Shown here in pieces: positions 1 to 12,600 of a stretch of DNA of 64,000 nucleotides. The first letter of the stretch is position 1; the number at the start of each line of letters is the position of its first letter. Location: the NCBI GenBank assembly GCA_001949185.1, contig BDGG01000006.1:1222827-1286826 (forward strand). The letters run 5' to 3'. The DNA comes from Ramazzottius varieornatus (lineage: Eukaryota > Animalia > Tardigrada). Position numbers and translations under genes: made by a program. The notes beneath the pieces are model-generated. The model was given only the letters and a program-made list of their open reading frames with translations, was not told where the DNA came from and searched no databases.

Positions 1-279
1 GGCTGAGGAGTTAGTAACAAGGAAGTCGAGGGTTCTCAAAATAACTTCGAAGACCTCGGAGTGCATTCCAATCAGTGCTATTTCCAATCAAGCAAATCGC
101 GTCAGTGTAAATATATCCAGCACGGCCTTGATCAGAAGTCCCGATCTGTTCGATCATGGCCGTGCCGGACGTAAGTCGTCAGTCAGGGCCGTGCCGTGAT
201 GGAATTCGAGCCCGTACTATTATCAATAAATCAACGGTAACAACATGGGGAATATTTTGCGAAAAGTTGTTGGACTTAC

Positions 280-371
280 TTTCCCAGTTCTTCTTTGAGC
301 TCATAATTTTCCGTAAATTTTGTGGTGGCTCCGGCGGTGGGATATGCTCCCGAGCCGCTGTCGAGAGGCAT
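280..371 (-). CDS. CaMKII: Ca2+/calmodulin-dependent protein kinase II, first coding exon (gene continues off the left edge)
   Basis: Minus strand reads MPLDSGSGAYPTAGATTKFTENYELKEELG(K) followed by a phase-2 GTAAGT donor; matches the CaMKII N-terminus (RFxDxYxxxEELGK) and its first-intron position. Absent from the ORF track. Confidence 0.85.
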
Positions 372-3300
372 CCTGACGAAGGTGTGACTTTAGTTGGAGA
401 AGATTGTATCCAGGAATGCTAGCGAAGGAAAGAAATCAGCCCAGGAAGTGCTCGTCTGAGGACGTTGGGTAACTGCCTTCGCCTTCAACGAAGGAATCTA
501 CGGAGAGGAAGTGTCACAATTTCTCCCGTTATCCAGCTGTTCATCCACAAACACGGAACTAAAGGGAGGACAGGAGTGTGCAGGAGCTCGCTAGCCTTTA
601 CGTTCAGGAGCAACTCAATATTTTCCCAGTTGATGGCACACAATTAACATGGAACGTGATCATGTTGCTGCGCATAACATTACGCTGTACGGCGATAGAT
701 GGATCAGGATCATGGATGCAAGCTTGGCTCGCTGTATGTCTCTGTGTGCTGTGAGTATGGGGAGATGCGATGAAGGCTGTTGGAAGGCAAGGAAGGAAGG
801 AGACGAGAGTGGAAGCGTATAGCGGGAGCCAGAGGAACGGAATGGTTAGACAGGCATGCACTGTTTTTACTGGCAGCCGCACTTCCGGCGCCACTCCAAC
901 AAGACTGAAAACATTGCAGCCTTCTAAGTAGAAACCAAGCTTTTTTCATGATCATTCCCTCCAAAGTTCCTTTATTTCTATTTCAAGTGCACCATTCCCT
1001 TTAAGCACACTCGTTCCGTCACAAACAAGGCGTGGTTTGATATTTCAATAGAAACCAGGCATCTTTACGCGAACGACGCATTCTACAAAAATACTGTATC
1101 TATACCCGCACGGTTGATAACGCCCGGAGGCGCTGTGACGTCGCCGCGGGTTTTCGTATGTTGCAATCGCTTCTGCTTTCACAGTCATTTCCGGGTCGAT
1201 CGTGGATGTTTTCATCAAGGGACCTCCCCGATATGCAACCTTATCGCACTGCAGGTACTCGTTGGTTCGAAACGGTTAGCCTGTGGCAATAAAAAACCTG
1301 AGCTTAAGGCATGAAGCCTGATGTCAGTTTTATCAACCCGCGCTGACCGCAGTCAAGCTCATAAAAATGGAAATTAATCAACCTGCATCCGTCATCCGTC
1401 TTGCAGCTTACGGCGTGCCTAAACCTGCAACCTCCACCCTGGATCGGTGGACGAAAGCACGAAGGAGAGATCCCTATCAAGCTAAAAATGAAGCTTTCCT
1501 ATGAAGCTTTCCTATGAAGCTAAAAATAGATAAGCCAAACACAGCAGCATATTAGTACAGTATGACTACTAAGGTTTGCGTTCGCGCTTGAGCAAGCCGC
1601 GGAGGTGGCGGTAAGAGCTGTGAAAGAAGAAGGTGTGGTCGCCTGAGAAGCCAACATACCAGCAAGTTCCTGCGACGGCTGCGTCTTCGTCGACGGGAGT
1701 CAGCAAAGTGGATTTCCATCGGCAACATGCTCTTTCGAGCCGTCGTCGATCGACCGTATGTGAGTTATGAGCGGTACTACTTACTAACCTTCATGTCGTG
1801 CCACACCATCGTACGATTGATGCGTAATGTTTTGATATGCTTTCAGGAAGCCTTCCGCTCGACGTGCCTTCCGTCCGCACCATCAGCAAAATAATGGACT
1901 TTGCATCGTCAGCTGTTGAATTTCAGGAGGTTGTCCAAGCACACTTCTCGAACACTCCACACCGTAATTTGAATTTGTCTTTTTGGTTGTCAAATATTCG
2001 GCTCGTAATATTGTGCACATTTTCTTTCTCAATTTTAAACATCATGTTGTGTACGTGGTGAACGACTTAATTCGGGCGTAGGGGTTTTTCACTCGTAATT
2101 CGGGCATATTTTTTCTCAGCTCCTGCTGCGCGTAATGAACCGCTTCTTGTTTCCTAAGGTAGACCGATCCCTCTCCTCGAGGTTTCAATAGGTTGGAGAA
2201 CGGGAAAGCGTTGTAGATTACGGGAATTTGGCGTGAGATAGAGATGGGTCTGTCCAATGTTAAAAAGCCTATTATTGTATCAACACACGTACGATAAGAG
2301 ATGAATCAAGCGTTGAAGGTAATGTTCAAACCTTTCGCGTTGCCCGAATTATGGTGCGAAAATCGATATGCGCGAATTATGTCGTTTGCCTCGCACCATA
2401 AGTGCACGGTGGGATACGAGTTACTTCTACGGGCTATACAACCCGAAAGAGCGCAGTAGTAGACACTATGATAAGTGTACCATTTCTGTACCATCATTTT
2501 GTTACTTATAAGTTCAGAGGCTGGGGCTGTGAATGGTGAGAATAAAATCCAACGTTAGCGAGAAGCGGTGACGCCACGAGAAGGAGGAAGGTTCACCGGC
2601 CACAATACACAAGCCATCTTGTGATGCATGTGAGCATGTTGATTGGACAGTTGGCGAAAATCACTTTGATTTTGATGCTAAACAAGAGCGAATTGATGCG
2701 AATTGACGTAGCATAAGAGGTAGGAACGCGTACAAGCGAGGATGGCATCCACGTCACTGCGATTACAAATTACCGCCTAGCCAAAGCTTGATCTTCCTTG
2801 CTTTGATCTGGCTGGAAGACTTTATTGCCTCTGCTTCTGCTGGCAGATGGTACCGCTCCAAACTAGCTAACTACTTACGGCATGTAGCCCCGCTGTTTTT
2901 CGAACAACCCGCGACACTTAACAGTCGCTTTACAAGTTTAGCTTTTTGTATTGCACCAGGCGACATCGGTCCCCTTCCTGATATCTCTTTCATTCTTTTT
3001 CATCGTCCTCCGTCCGTAAAAGGAGACAAAGCTCCAACAGGATGCAATAGAGTAGCGAAGCACCGAGGCAGATCAATATCGAACAGCGCACCTGTAGGCT
3101 GGAGCCAGTTTTGCGCAAACAAACTCGTACGGGATACCTTGATAGTTTCAAGAAGATATCGATGTTCGATAAGGACCGCTGACGTCGCAGAGGAACCCTG
3201 TCACGTGGCCGTACTTCGCGCTGCCTCGCCCACGTGGTCTAATGTTATATACATATGACGTGTCATTGCCACTCGAAATTTCCGCCTGATATCATATCGA

Positions 3301-3624
3301 TAACATCACATTGCTGACAACGATATCAGTTTTTGCGATAAATCTTTCTCTATCTCCTTCGGTCCTCGGAAAGTAACTCCAAGGATGCATCGTTGCCATT
3401 TTCTACTCGCGGATAGCGTTTCCCATTTGCAGATCCCTTTCATCAGCGTGATTGATCGGAGATACGAAGGAACAATAAGCAGATGACCAGATCGAGTAAC
3501 CATTGTGAAATCGTTAGCTGGATGGAACGACGTCAAGGCTCCTTTTCGCCTATCTCCCTGATGGACTCACCATCTCCTTTGCAGTTTTTGGGTTTATTCT
3601 TCTAGGTCTAACCAAGAGCAAACT

Positions 3625-6600
3625 ATGGCGGAGCACGGGAAGAGCAACAGTTTGGTGATTTTGCAAAAGTTTGAAGACTTGCTCAGCGCCAAGCTGGAGC
3701 TGTGCATGCAGCTGCAGAGCCTTGTCGACACCTCCGCACAATCGCTGGACGCTTTTCGTACTCACTGCTCGACCAGCAAAGAACTTCTCATCAAGGATGA
3801 AATTCGAATGCTCGAGGTAGGTTTTTTCATACAGGAAAATGAGCCATGGTTCTGTGAGGAATATTAGAACGATTTCCGCTGCGCCTCTGCACTACAGCGA
3901 CGCATGATGCCATCGGCGCAAAGCAGTTTTTTCTAGGGTTGCTGATGTCATGCGCAAACGCGGGCGGTAATGCTCGAAATTCAGCTATGACCGTTGTTTC
4001 CGGCCACGATTCTGTTTCTTCGTTTCTTCGGTGTCATCATGTGGGCGGGCATTTTGCATTGTTTTCTTCTGTTTGTTTAGGGTAAGTTAATTCAGAGGAT
4101 TGCGCGGCAGTTGGCCGTACGCCGCATCTTGACCAAACATTTCCAGCAGTTGTCGACGGACTTGGAGCTGTCGCCCTACCTGGAAACCGACCTTGACGTC
4201 TTTCTCGCTCAGCAAGCGACCACCGAGGCCTTGCAAATGTCCGGCTCAGCCTCTTCGCTGAGTACCAATGCCACACCCACACCCCCGTCCTTTCTTCAAC
4301 ATGAAGGTGCCTCCGCCAAACCTCATCTTATTTTCGCAAACAGACTGACTCGGCGCTTGTTTCCCTAAGTGGCGCCATTAACGCGGCGAACGTGCGCCAC
4401 TTGGAAACTCGGCTGGATTGTTTTCATAAATGGCGCATACCTTCGGTGTCATTGGCCGAAAGCGTGCGCCACTTGGAGATTCGTCTTACAGAGTTTGCTT
4501 GCCTCTTTCCCAGTTTACAGAACTGGTATTTATTTATGTTTATTTTTAGGAACAAGCGAATCTGCCGTGGCTTGCATCGTCGATCGAATTCGTCTAATCC
4601 TTGATGAAGAATTGTCGCAGCATCCCAGCCTTCATCAGTGGCTGGAAATAGTCGGTCTAATGCCCGTGTGCGTGCAGGTATGACCGTCGAGATAATTAAC
4701 CTTTGTCCTTCGCTGCTTTTTATAGTACAAAATCCCCCGAGAATGCACCCTAGTATCCTGCAATAATCACACGATGACGTTGGGTTATTCTAATCTCAGG
4801 CTGTGATGAAGATTGTCCACAATGTGGAAGAGCTCCTCCAGACGTCAGAGTCTAAACTGAAGGAGGTGATCGTGGCCGTCAGTCGCCATTGCACCTGTCT
4901 GTCCACTTCCGACTCGATACTTTCTATCGACCAAGCCGCTTCCATCGTCACGGCTGACTCAGCCTTGGAAGATTCACCGGCGTCCATGACGGACAGTCTG
5001 AGAATCGAGAATGAGCTGCTAGCGGCGAATAAAGAGAAAGGAAAACTCCCGCCGCAGATTCGGGAAGATGTTCGCAGACTGATAACTTCGTGCCGGTTAC
5101 TGCGAATGTACACAGGTATGGCACAGAAAATTTGGGAGCTCCGCAAAACAACTCGACAGGTTCGGTTTTCCAGGTGACGCACGCGTTCAGCCAGACACAC
5201 TGAAACGTGCGCCACTGGGGAAACGAACCAAGCTCCTCAATATCGTTTTCCCAAGTGGCAATCGCTTTCAGTTAGATGCACTGATAACATGCGCCACTTG
5301 GGAGAACAATCTTTCTTATCTTATTTTTCCCATGTGGCGCACGTTTCCAGCCAGAAAAACAGTGAGTGTGCGCTAATGGGAAAAGCAGTTTTGTTGAGTT
5401 TGTTTGCCGAGCTTCGTCATGTTTTCAGCTTCCTTGAAGACTGTAAAAATGTTGCTTTCGTGAATCGAAATTCACAAATTCTCAAGTTATAATATGTAAG
5501 AAAGTTCGAGTTCAGGCTCAGCAAGTTCAGAAGAATGGACTATCGCCCCATTAAATCATGCATTTTTTCTACAGATCGCCTTATAGCCGAAGATAACGAT
5601 ATGCGCGAGCTACAGCTCTTCATCCCCACCCAGACTTCTCCAGCCTTCCAGAATGCCTCTTCACTGACACCAGCTTTTCACAGCTCCACAGTCCTCACAC
5701 CACCCAACAGCCTCGTCCGCAAAGAGTCGGTGAAATCACTGTACTGGGACAGTTGGCGCGGCCGACCAGCCGGTAAAAAAGCCTTCCCAGGTCGAGCTTT
5801 CTCTTAGGGCTCCACCCTTTCCTTCTTCGTAGGGGGTGCGAGAGTTGTGGCACACCAAACTCCGCCTTCCCCCACAGTGATACTCTCCAACGAGCCTGCC
5901 TCACCCGCCTTTTGCTACGTGCACTATGCTTCGGACAAGCACTATCCTGCGCGCCCGACCATCCTGTCGTCCTTCTCCTCCGAAGACAACTTCTTATCGT
6001 CGACCTCGCAGTCGCCGCACTCAGTGCCGAGTGCAATGGTGACGCAGGCCGTTGACTCGACCACAAGCAGTCATCGACTGACATCCCAGTCGTCCGTCAT
6101 GTCTTCCGTCTCGACAGCGACCACGACAGGCGACGAAGCTGATACTGGGTCCGCGTTCGCTGACTTTGCTTCGGCTTCATCCAGTTGCGCAAACTCGGTA
6201 TTTCCTTCGTCGAACAACCTCTCCCAGCTTGTGCAACAGTATGAACGCAGTCCGGGTAGGTGACAAAACGCTTCATCAAAAGCCGGTAGAAACCTGCATA
6301 CGTATTGCCTTGGGGTAAAATTTTGTTGCAGTGTGCAGGTATCTGATATGGACATGTGATAATCACCTGCATACCTGCATCTACACTTTGTCTGTGGTGT
6401 TTGATATGCAGGTGGTTGTCGCTTTCTATTTTTCGTTGTTTCTCACGTCTTCATTCTTCTTTCTCGATTGTGCCGACTATTCTTTATACGGTTTCCTTTG
6501 TCAGCTTTGTCAAAGAAGTTCGAAGCGAGGAACACTTCTTCGACCGAGCAGTCGATGCACTCTTCGCGCAACCCAGCCCTGATTTTTCCGCCGTCCGGCA

Positions 6601-9600
6601 CCGAGGGTTCCACCTTTATTCGGCCGTCCTCCTCCACACCTTCGCTCCTGCTGGTGGGCCATCCTGGACAGCCGCGCTTCCATCCCGGTGCAGCTCTGAC
6701 CTCGCCTGTACAGTATAATCCAGCCGGTGCGGAAGTCACTCGGTCCACTCGGAAAGAACTGCTCAAGTTCCAGAAGTCTTCTTCGTTGGAGTCTTCTCTT
6801 CGGAACAGGTTGGGCTCGGATGATATACCTGTCACCGTCGTCCCACCACATCCTCCTAGGTACCCATAACTGTAACTAACATCAAGTGCCAGCACGGCAA
6901 ACGAACTCGTCACATCATTTTCCCTAGTGGCGCACATCCCAGGTGTTATTGTCCGAATCTGTGCGCCAATTGGAGAAACAGTGTTGTGGAGTTTTCAAGT
7001 GGCGCATTTTCTCGGTGTTATTGCCTGAAAGCGTGCGCCATCTTGTTGAGTATATTTACCTACGTCCCATACTGAGTCATTTTAACACTTAATTGTTCCA
7101 GATCGGGTTCTTACGTTAGTGGCAGTTCGGACAGCGGAAGTTCTAGTAAGCTGACTTCCGCCAAAGGACTGCAGCAACAGCAGCTGAACTTGCGAAGAAT
7201 GCATCATTCCATCCATCATGTCTTTAAGAACCACCTTTTCTTGACACATTGTGTCTGTGCGTACTGCGAGAAAACGCTGAGAGGCGTCGGACGGAAGTGC
7301 CGACATTGTCGAGCCAGATTTCACCCAGTAAGGTTTCACTTGGTTGATCACTTCAGTTCGTAGATCGAGCCAGACAACTTTCTCGTAGGAATGCGCGGAG
7401 AAGACGCCGCCAAGTTGTGGGTTGCCAGATGGTCTCGTGCGAGAGTACCTGAAGACCATCAACCCCGAGAAGAAGGAAGTGGAAAGTCCGAAGGAGAAGA
7501 ACAACAAGAAGAGGAAAGATAGTAAGGCAAGGAACGTGGGCAATCTGGAGGAAGAGTCAACGCAGGTGGAGGAAGATGACGAGACGCTGAGCGAGTTCAA
7601 GCAACGGAAAGCTTCACTCGATCCTGAAGCACAACGGAGACAATCAGTGGCCTCGAAAGGTGGAGAATCGTTGAACGCAGATTCCGCCCTGAAAAGTTGG
7701 ACTGTAAGTTAGAAAATTGATGAAAGACCACTCTGCTGGAATATTATGCAGCCTGAAGTACTTTGAAAAATATTTCAGAAGATCTTTCGAAATTTCCGTT
7801 TGCGTAATTATCTAAAATTTTCCATAACCAGCTGTCATTTCATAAGTTCCCACAACAATTTTGAAAGATTAGTAATTTCTAAACAATAAAATAGGAACTG
7901 GGAAACCTCGATCAGGTCTTTTCCCCAGCTGGCGCACGCTTCCAGCCATTATCACCGGAGACGTGCGCCACTTGGAAAACGGTCAGGTCTAGGCTAGTTA
8001 GAGCTGTTGATGGTTTGAACCATATGGTTTGGTTTGGTTTGAGTGGTGGTTTGCATGCCAAACCGGTTAAATGAAAATGGTTTCTCCCGCAAACCACCAG
8101 AAGTGGTCTGGTCTAAAATCCAAACCGGACCATTTAAACCAAACGACATAAACCACCGGTTTGAACCGGTTTGCGAACAGCTTTTTGATCACCAGTACAT
8201 AGTAAATTCTGACACGTTTTCTTCGATTGACTAATCAACGAAAACAACCACCGAGGACATAAGAAGTTGAGCGACCGTTGCTGGTTTCTCTACAAACAGA
8301 CGCAAACAGGCAAGACTGGCGCGTGCTGGAATTCAAAAAGCACGATGGCAAGCCATCCGGTAGTGCAATCATTTTTCCACCAGCAGTGTTGTCCAACACT
8401 GCTGGAACTGCGGTTTCTCTCCTGACGGAAGGCGTAGTTCTGATGTCGCACAGCTTATGACACAGTGCTCACCCAGTTAAAGCTGTGCATCACGTGACAC
8501 TTAGAACGATGTGGCTGCGCACGGTGGCGGGGGGGGGGGATATTGGCACTGTCAGACGGCCAATCTCGGCCCGACTTCTAGCACAGAATCTGCAGATTTC
8601 GTATGAATTTCCCTATACCGCAAACCACATTAAACCACATAAACCAGTGGTTCATATGGTTTGGCGTGAGATCGAAACCGGTTTGAGTGGTTTGGTTTGA
8701 GATGCCATATGGTTTGAAGGGGTTAGGTTTGGATGTTAAACCACGAACCATATAAACCATATAAACCACTTTCTAAGTGGTCTGGCCTGTTTTTTTACAG
8801 CTCTAAAGCTAGTTTGCCGAGCTCCGAAAGATCAGAGCTCACTGACAATTCCTCTTCAATTGTTTTTCCTTGTAGAAAATGCGTTTCTTCGGTTCGAAAC
8901 ACCCCTCCACCGTCTCGACCATCGCCGAATCCACCACGACCGTCACCCCTCGTCCCAAACTGCGCAAACAGCGCAGTCGTTCCATGGGTAACGCACTGGA
9001 CGTCCGTCGTGACAACCCACCGACCATCATCACTTCACCCACCATGCAACAACTGCCCCCTTCCACCACCACCACCTCGACCAACAACCCACTTCGTTCA
9101 CCCATCGTCCGACGCATCAGTGGCAGCTTCAGCCTTCCTCGAGAGAAACGCAGGCGGAAAGTCTTGTTGTTGGGCCAGTCCGACAGTCCCTCGCCCCAGA
9201 CTGGCTCCAGCACCAACCTGCTGTCGCCACCAGCCACGGAAAAAGAGAGGTCGATAACGCAGAGGGAACGTATGTTCTCGGACCCCAGTCCGGTGGTGGT
9301 GGGGATAGGCCAGCTGGATGAGACGGCGAAGAGAAGGACGGTGTCGGCGTCGTCGACTGCGGAAATTTCCCCTCCGGCCAATACTTCCGGGGTAAGCCAA
9401 ACCCGTATTTTACGATGAAAGGATAATTTGATTGAAGGCATCCATTTCTTTCGACACAGGACTCTAACAGTATCAAGAGTGGCAGCATTGGTTCCAGCCC
9501 GTCCATTCCACCTTCGCCAGGAGGTCTTTCCTACAACCGGTCGGGCTCGTGTTCCACTGGTCCGCCCATGTCGCCTCTCGTCATGACATCCTTCGTCAAC

Positions 9601-12600
9601 CCACGAACATATCGGTAAGAATGAACGATGTCACTGTATAAAAATTTGGAAGATGGGTGTTGTTGAATGCCGTTCTTCATTTTTGTTTAAAAGTTGTTCG
9701 GTAGAGCAGAAAGCTTCTACAGTATCTTCAAATATCCTCGTGTAAAAAGCGATTTGGAAAAGTCATACAATGTTAGACTCTTTTGCTTCGTTTCTTCTTT
9801 TGGATGGTTTGACAAAATCTGTATGCGCTTCTAACTTATCATGACGACAAACGGTATCCGCTTGCGGACGGATTGTTCAACTTTGCGTTTTTCTATGGTT
9901 TCTTACAGCGACTCTGTTTACAGTTGCTGCAGCGACGTGCTCGGTCTGCTTTTGATATCTTCAAAGCGACTGAAACAAGCTTGTCATTTTGTTTTTGGCA
10001 GGTCTTTCATGCGCAAAGTGGGTGACCAGATCAAATCGCACTTTCACTGGCCGACTCACGGTCCCCACCTTCCTCACAGCCACACCGAAGGTGCTCCTTG
10101 CCACTCCAAGCACGGCTCGCTGTCCACACCCGAGTCCGTCGGACCCAGCACGCTGCCTCGACGCACACCGCTCTTTGGTCGACGCAAGTCGACCAGCGGC
10201 GAGTCGGCCAAGTGGTATGACCAGATCGACGCGGCCAACAAGGAAGAGGAGGACGAGGAGGAGTCGGTCAGGCTCGAAGCCGAAGACTCCTTTCCGGATA
10301 GAGAAGACCGACCCAGAAACTTCTCGGACAGAAGTGCGCTGGTGGGCTTGAGGAAGAAGGACGAAGAAGGCGGTGGGGAGAAAGAGAAGGCGCAAGTGGG
10401 CAGGAGGTTTAGCCTGCTGGAACCACAGGAAGAGATACCCATCAAGACGACAGAAACAGTGCCAGCTGCCATAAGCCAAGTGAATCTACCCGTCTTGACA
10501 GTAGGATCGATTCATTTACTAGAAAAATATCTTGGTGTTTGCATGGTTTGTTTTGTATTTTCAGGTGCCTAATGTCGAAGTGGAGGAAGATAATGAGCCC
10601 AGTTATTCCAGCGAAGTATCGGGAGACCATTCAGGCTCGCCCATCCCGTGGCGCCGTCAGCAAAGCGTAAGTACTCGATGCAACAGTCAGCTCCATCAAG
10701 GACAGCTCAACGTGGGAAAAATGTTCTTTCTCGTACATACTGTATGGACAAGTGTAACAGACTGCAAAAAATAAGATGTAGACTTGGGTAGGGAACCGAG
10801 TATCAGGTGCGGAAGTATGACTTGTTACTCCCCCGACGAAGATTTTCAAAAACTTCTCCTGGCATCGAGCCTCGGAATTTTCGATCAGGTTATCCACTCA
10901 TACTAGCAAGGTACTTCAGTCATTTTTTCGGCATCGTGTTCGTGCCTGTACTGTAAGAGAATAGGGGAAGAGAAACGATAAAGTCTCGGTAGCCATTTTT
11001 GGTAGCCTCTGCGGAAGAAATTATTCTTTCTCGCTGGAGGTGCTGAAATTCTGCGACATAGTGATAATTCATTGGTACCAGAATCCCTCTTTCTGGTGTA
11101 CGAAGGAGAGTTTCCAGTTCCACCTCCTGCAGTTTTGCGGAAGCGTTTTGTTCAGTGTGCACTCCAGAGCTGACTTGCAACAGTAGTGCTTTGAGTTGAC
11201 CGAAAGATTTCGTTTAGTCAACGGCAAGTGTTTTTATCATTCTTCCCTGCTCCAGAGAGGTTTAGTCTGCAGCTATCGTTATACCGGGCGGAAGAATGTT
11301 TCAACGGTCTAGACTGTAAGATAGCAATCAGTAGGTAACCATAATTTTCCTATGGTGCCGCGCACGATTCGAAATTTCCTGCGGTGATTCAGCTCTTTCG
11401 GAACCTCTTACGGTTCAACCGTTAGCTGCTTCATTACGAGAAACGAAGCATATCTTAGCGCCTGTCTGGGATACGCTGACGCCTTGAGAAAATTCAAATA
11501 GTTGAAACACCTAAAATTTTGGTTATCCATAATTCCGACAAAACCATTCCTGCCCTAACCCGAAGCTGAAAAACTTGGGTTAACAGAACGCCAAACGATA
11601 GCTAGGAGTTGAAAGAGTGAGTGGAAAAAAGGCTCAGGACAAACGGACAAGGGGGAGTGTAACTATGAATTTTTGAAGTTGACTTGTTTCCAGGAGTAAC
11701 AAGTCATACTTCCGCACCTGATACAGACGGAAAAAACGTGTGGTCGAACGAGAGCGCGATGAGCGTAAATATTTTTCCTGTGCTGGAATGGAATGTCAGG
11801 TCTTGTGGTTGGTTTTTCCAGTACTACCTGAAAGAGTTGAATATTCCCTACGAGCAAATTCGCTTCACGGAGAAGGTCGGTCGGGGAACGTTCGGCGAAG
11901 TTCATCGCGGCAACTGGCACGGCGATGTAGCCATCAAGATTCTCAACGATGACTACCTCTACAAAGGCACCGACGAGCTGCACGAAGCCTTCAAACAAGA
12001 CGTAAGTGTTTTCCGTATGTCTCCTTTGTAATAGAAGAGAATGGACTCATGTTATGAGACCGAGGCAGACAAACTCGATTTGTCGAGTTTGATTGTCTCC
12101 CGCAGTGACGCACGCTGACGGTGTTTTCGGCTGGGAGCGTGCACTACTTGGCGGGATAATTTTTTCGAGCTTTGATATTGAGCTCCCGTATAAACTGGTA
12201 TGCATTTCCAGCTTGCGACGTTACGCAAGACTCGTCACGACAACCTGGTCCTCTTTATGGGCGCTTGCATGAAGCAGTCTCATGATCGACACCAGCAAGT
12301 GATCATCACCAGTCTTCTCTCGCGAGCTCTTCCCACCAGCACAGCCTCTGCTGGTGCGTCCATCACGCTGCACGACCTCATTCACGACCAACGCGGCAAG
12401 AACCTGTCGACCCCGTACAAGGTCCAGCTGAACAGGACGCTGATCATCGCAAGCCAGATCTCGCAAGGCATGGGCTACCTCCATCGCAGGGGGATCGTCC
12501 ACAAGAACCTCAAGAGCCGCAATGTCTTTGTGACACACGAGAAGTGTGTCATCACTGACTATGGGCTGTTCAGCATCAGCAAAATGTCCCAACATGGCAG

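Noticed and set aside
1368-1960. Coding-like fragments with one GT-AG pair and a small ATGAAGCTTTCCT tandem duplication
   Set aside because: All frames are interrupted by stops and no family is recognisable; possibly a decayed gene but not supportable
10800-11764. 32-nt inverted match (GVTSHTSAPDT appears in two ORFs) read as an alternative KSR exon plus an editing-complementary sequence
   Set aside because: The match is explained by mariner TIRs with TA ends and a transposase remnant; the putative exon at 11694 is out of phase with the upstream exon (reads GAG TAA)
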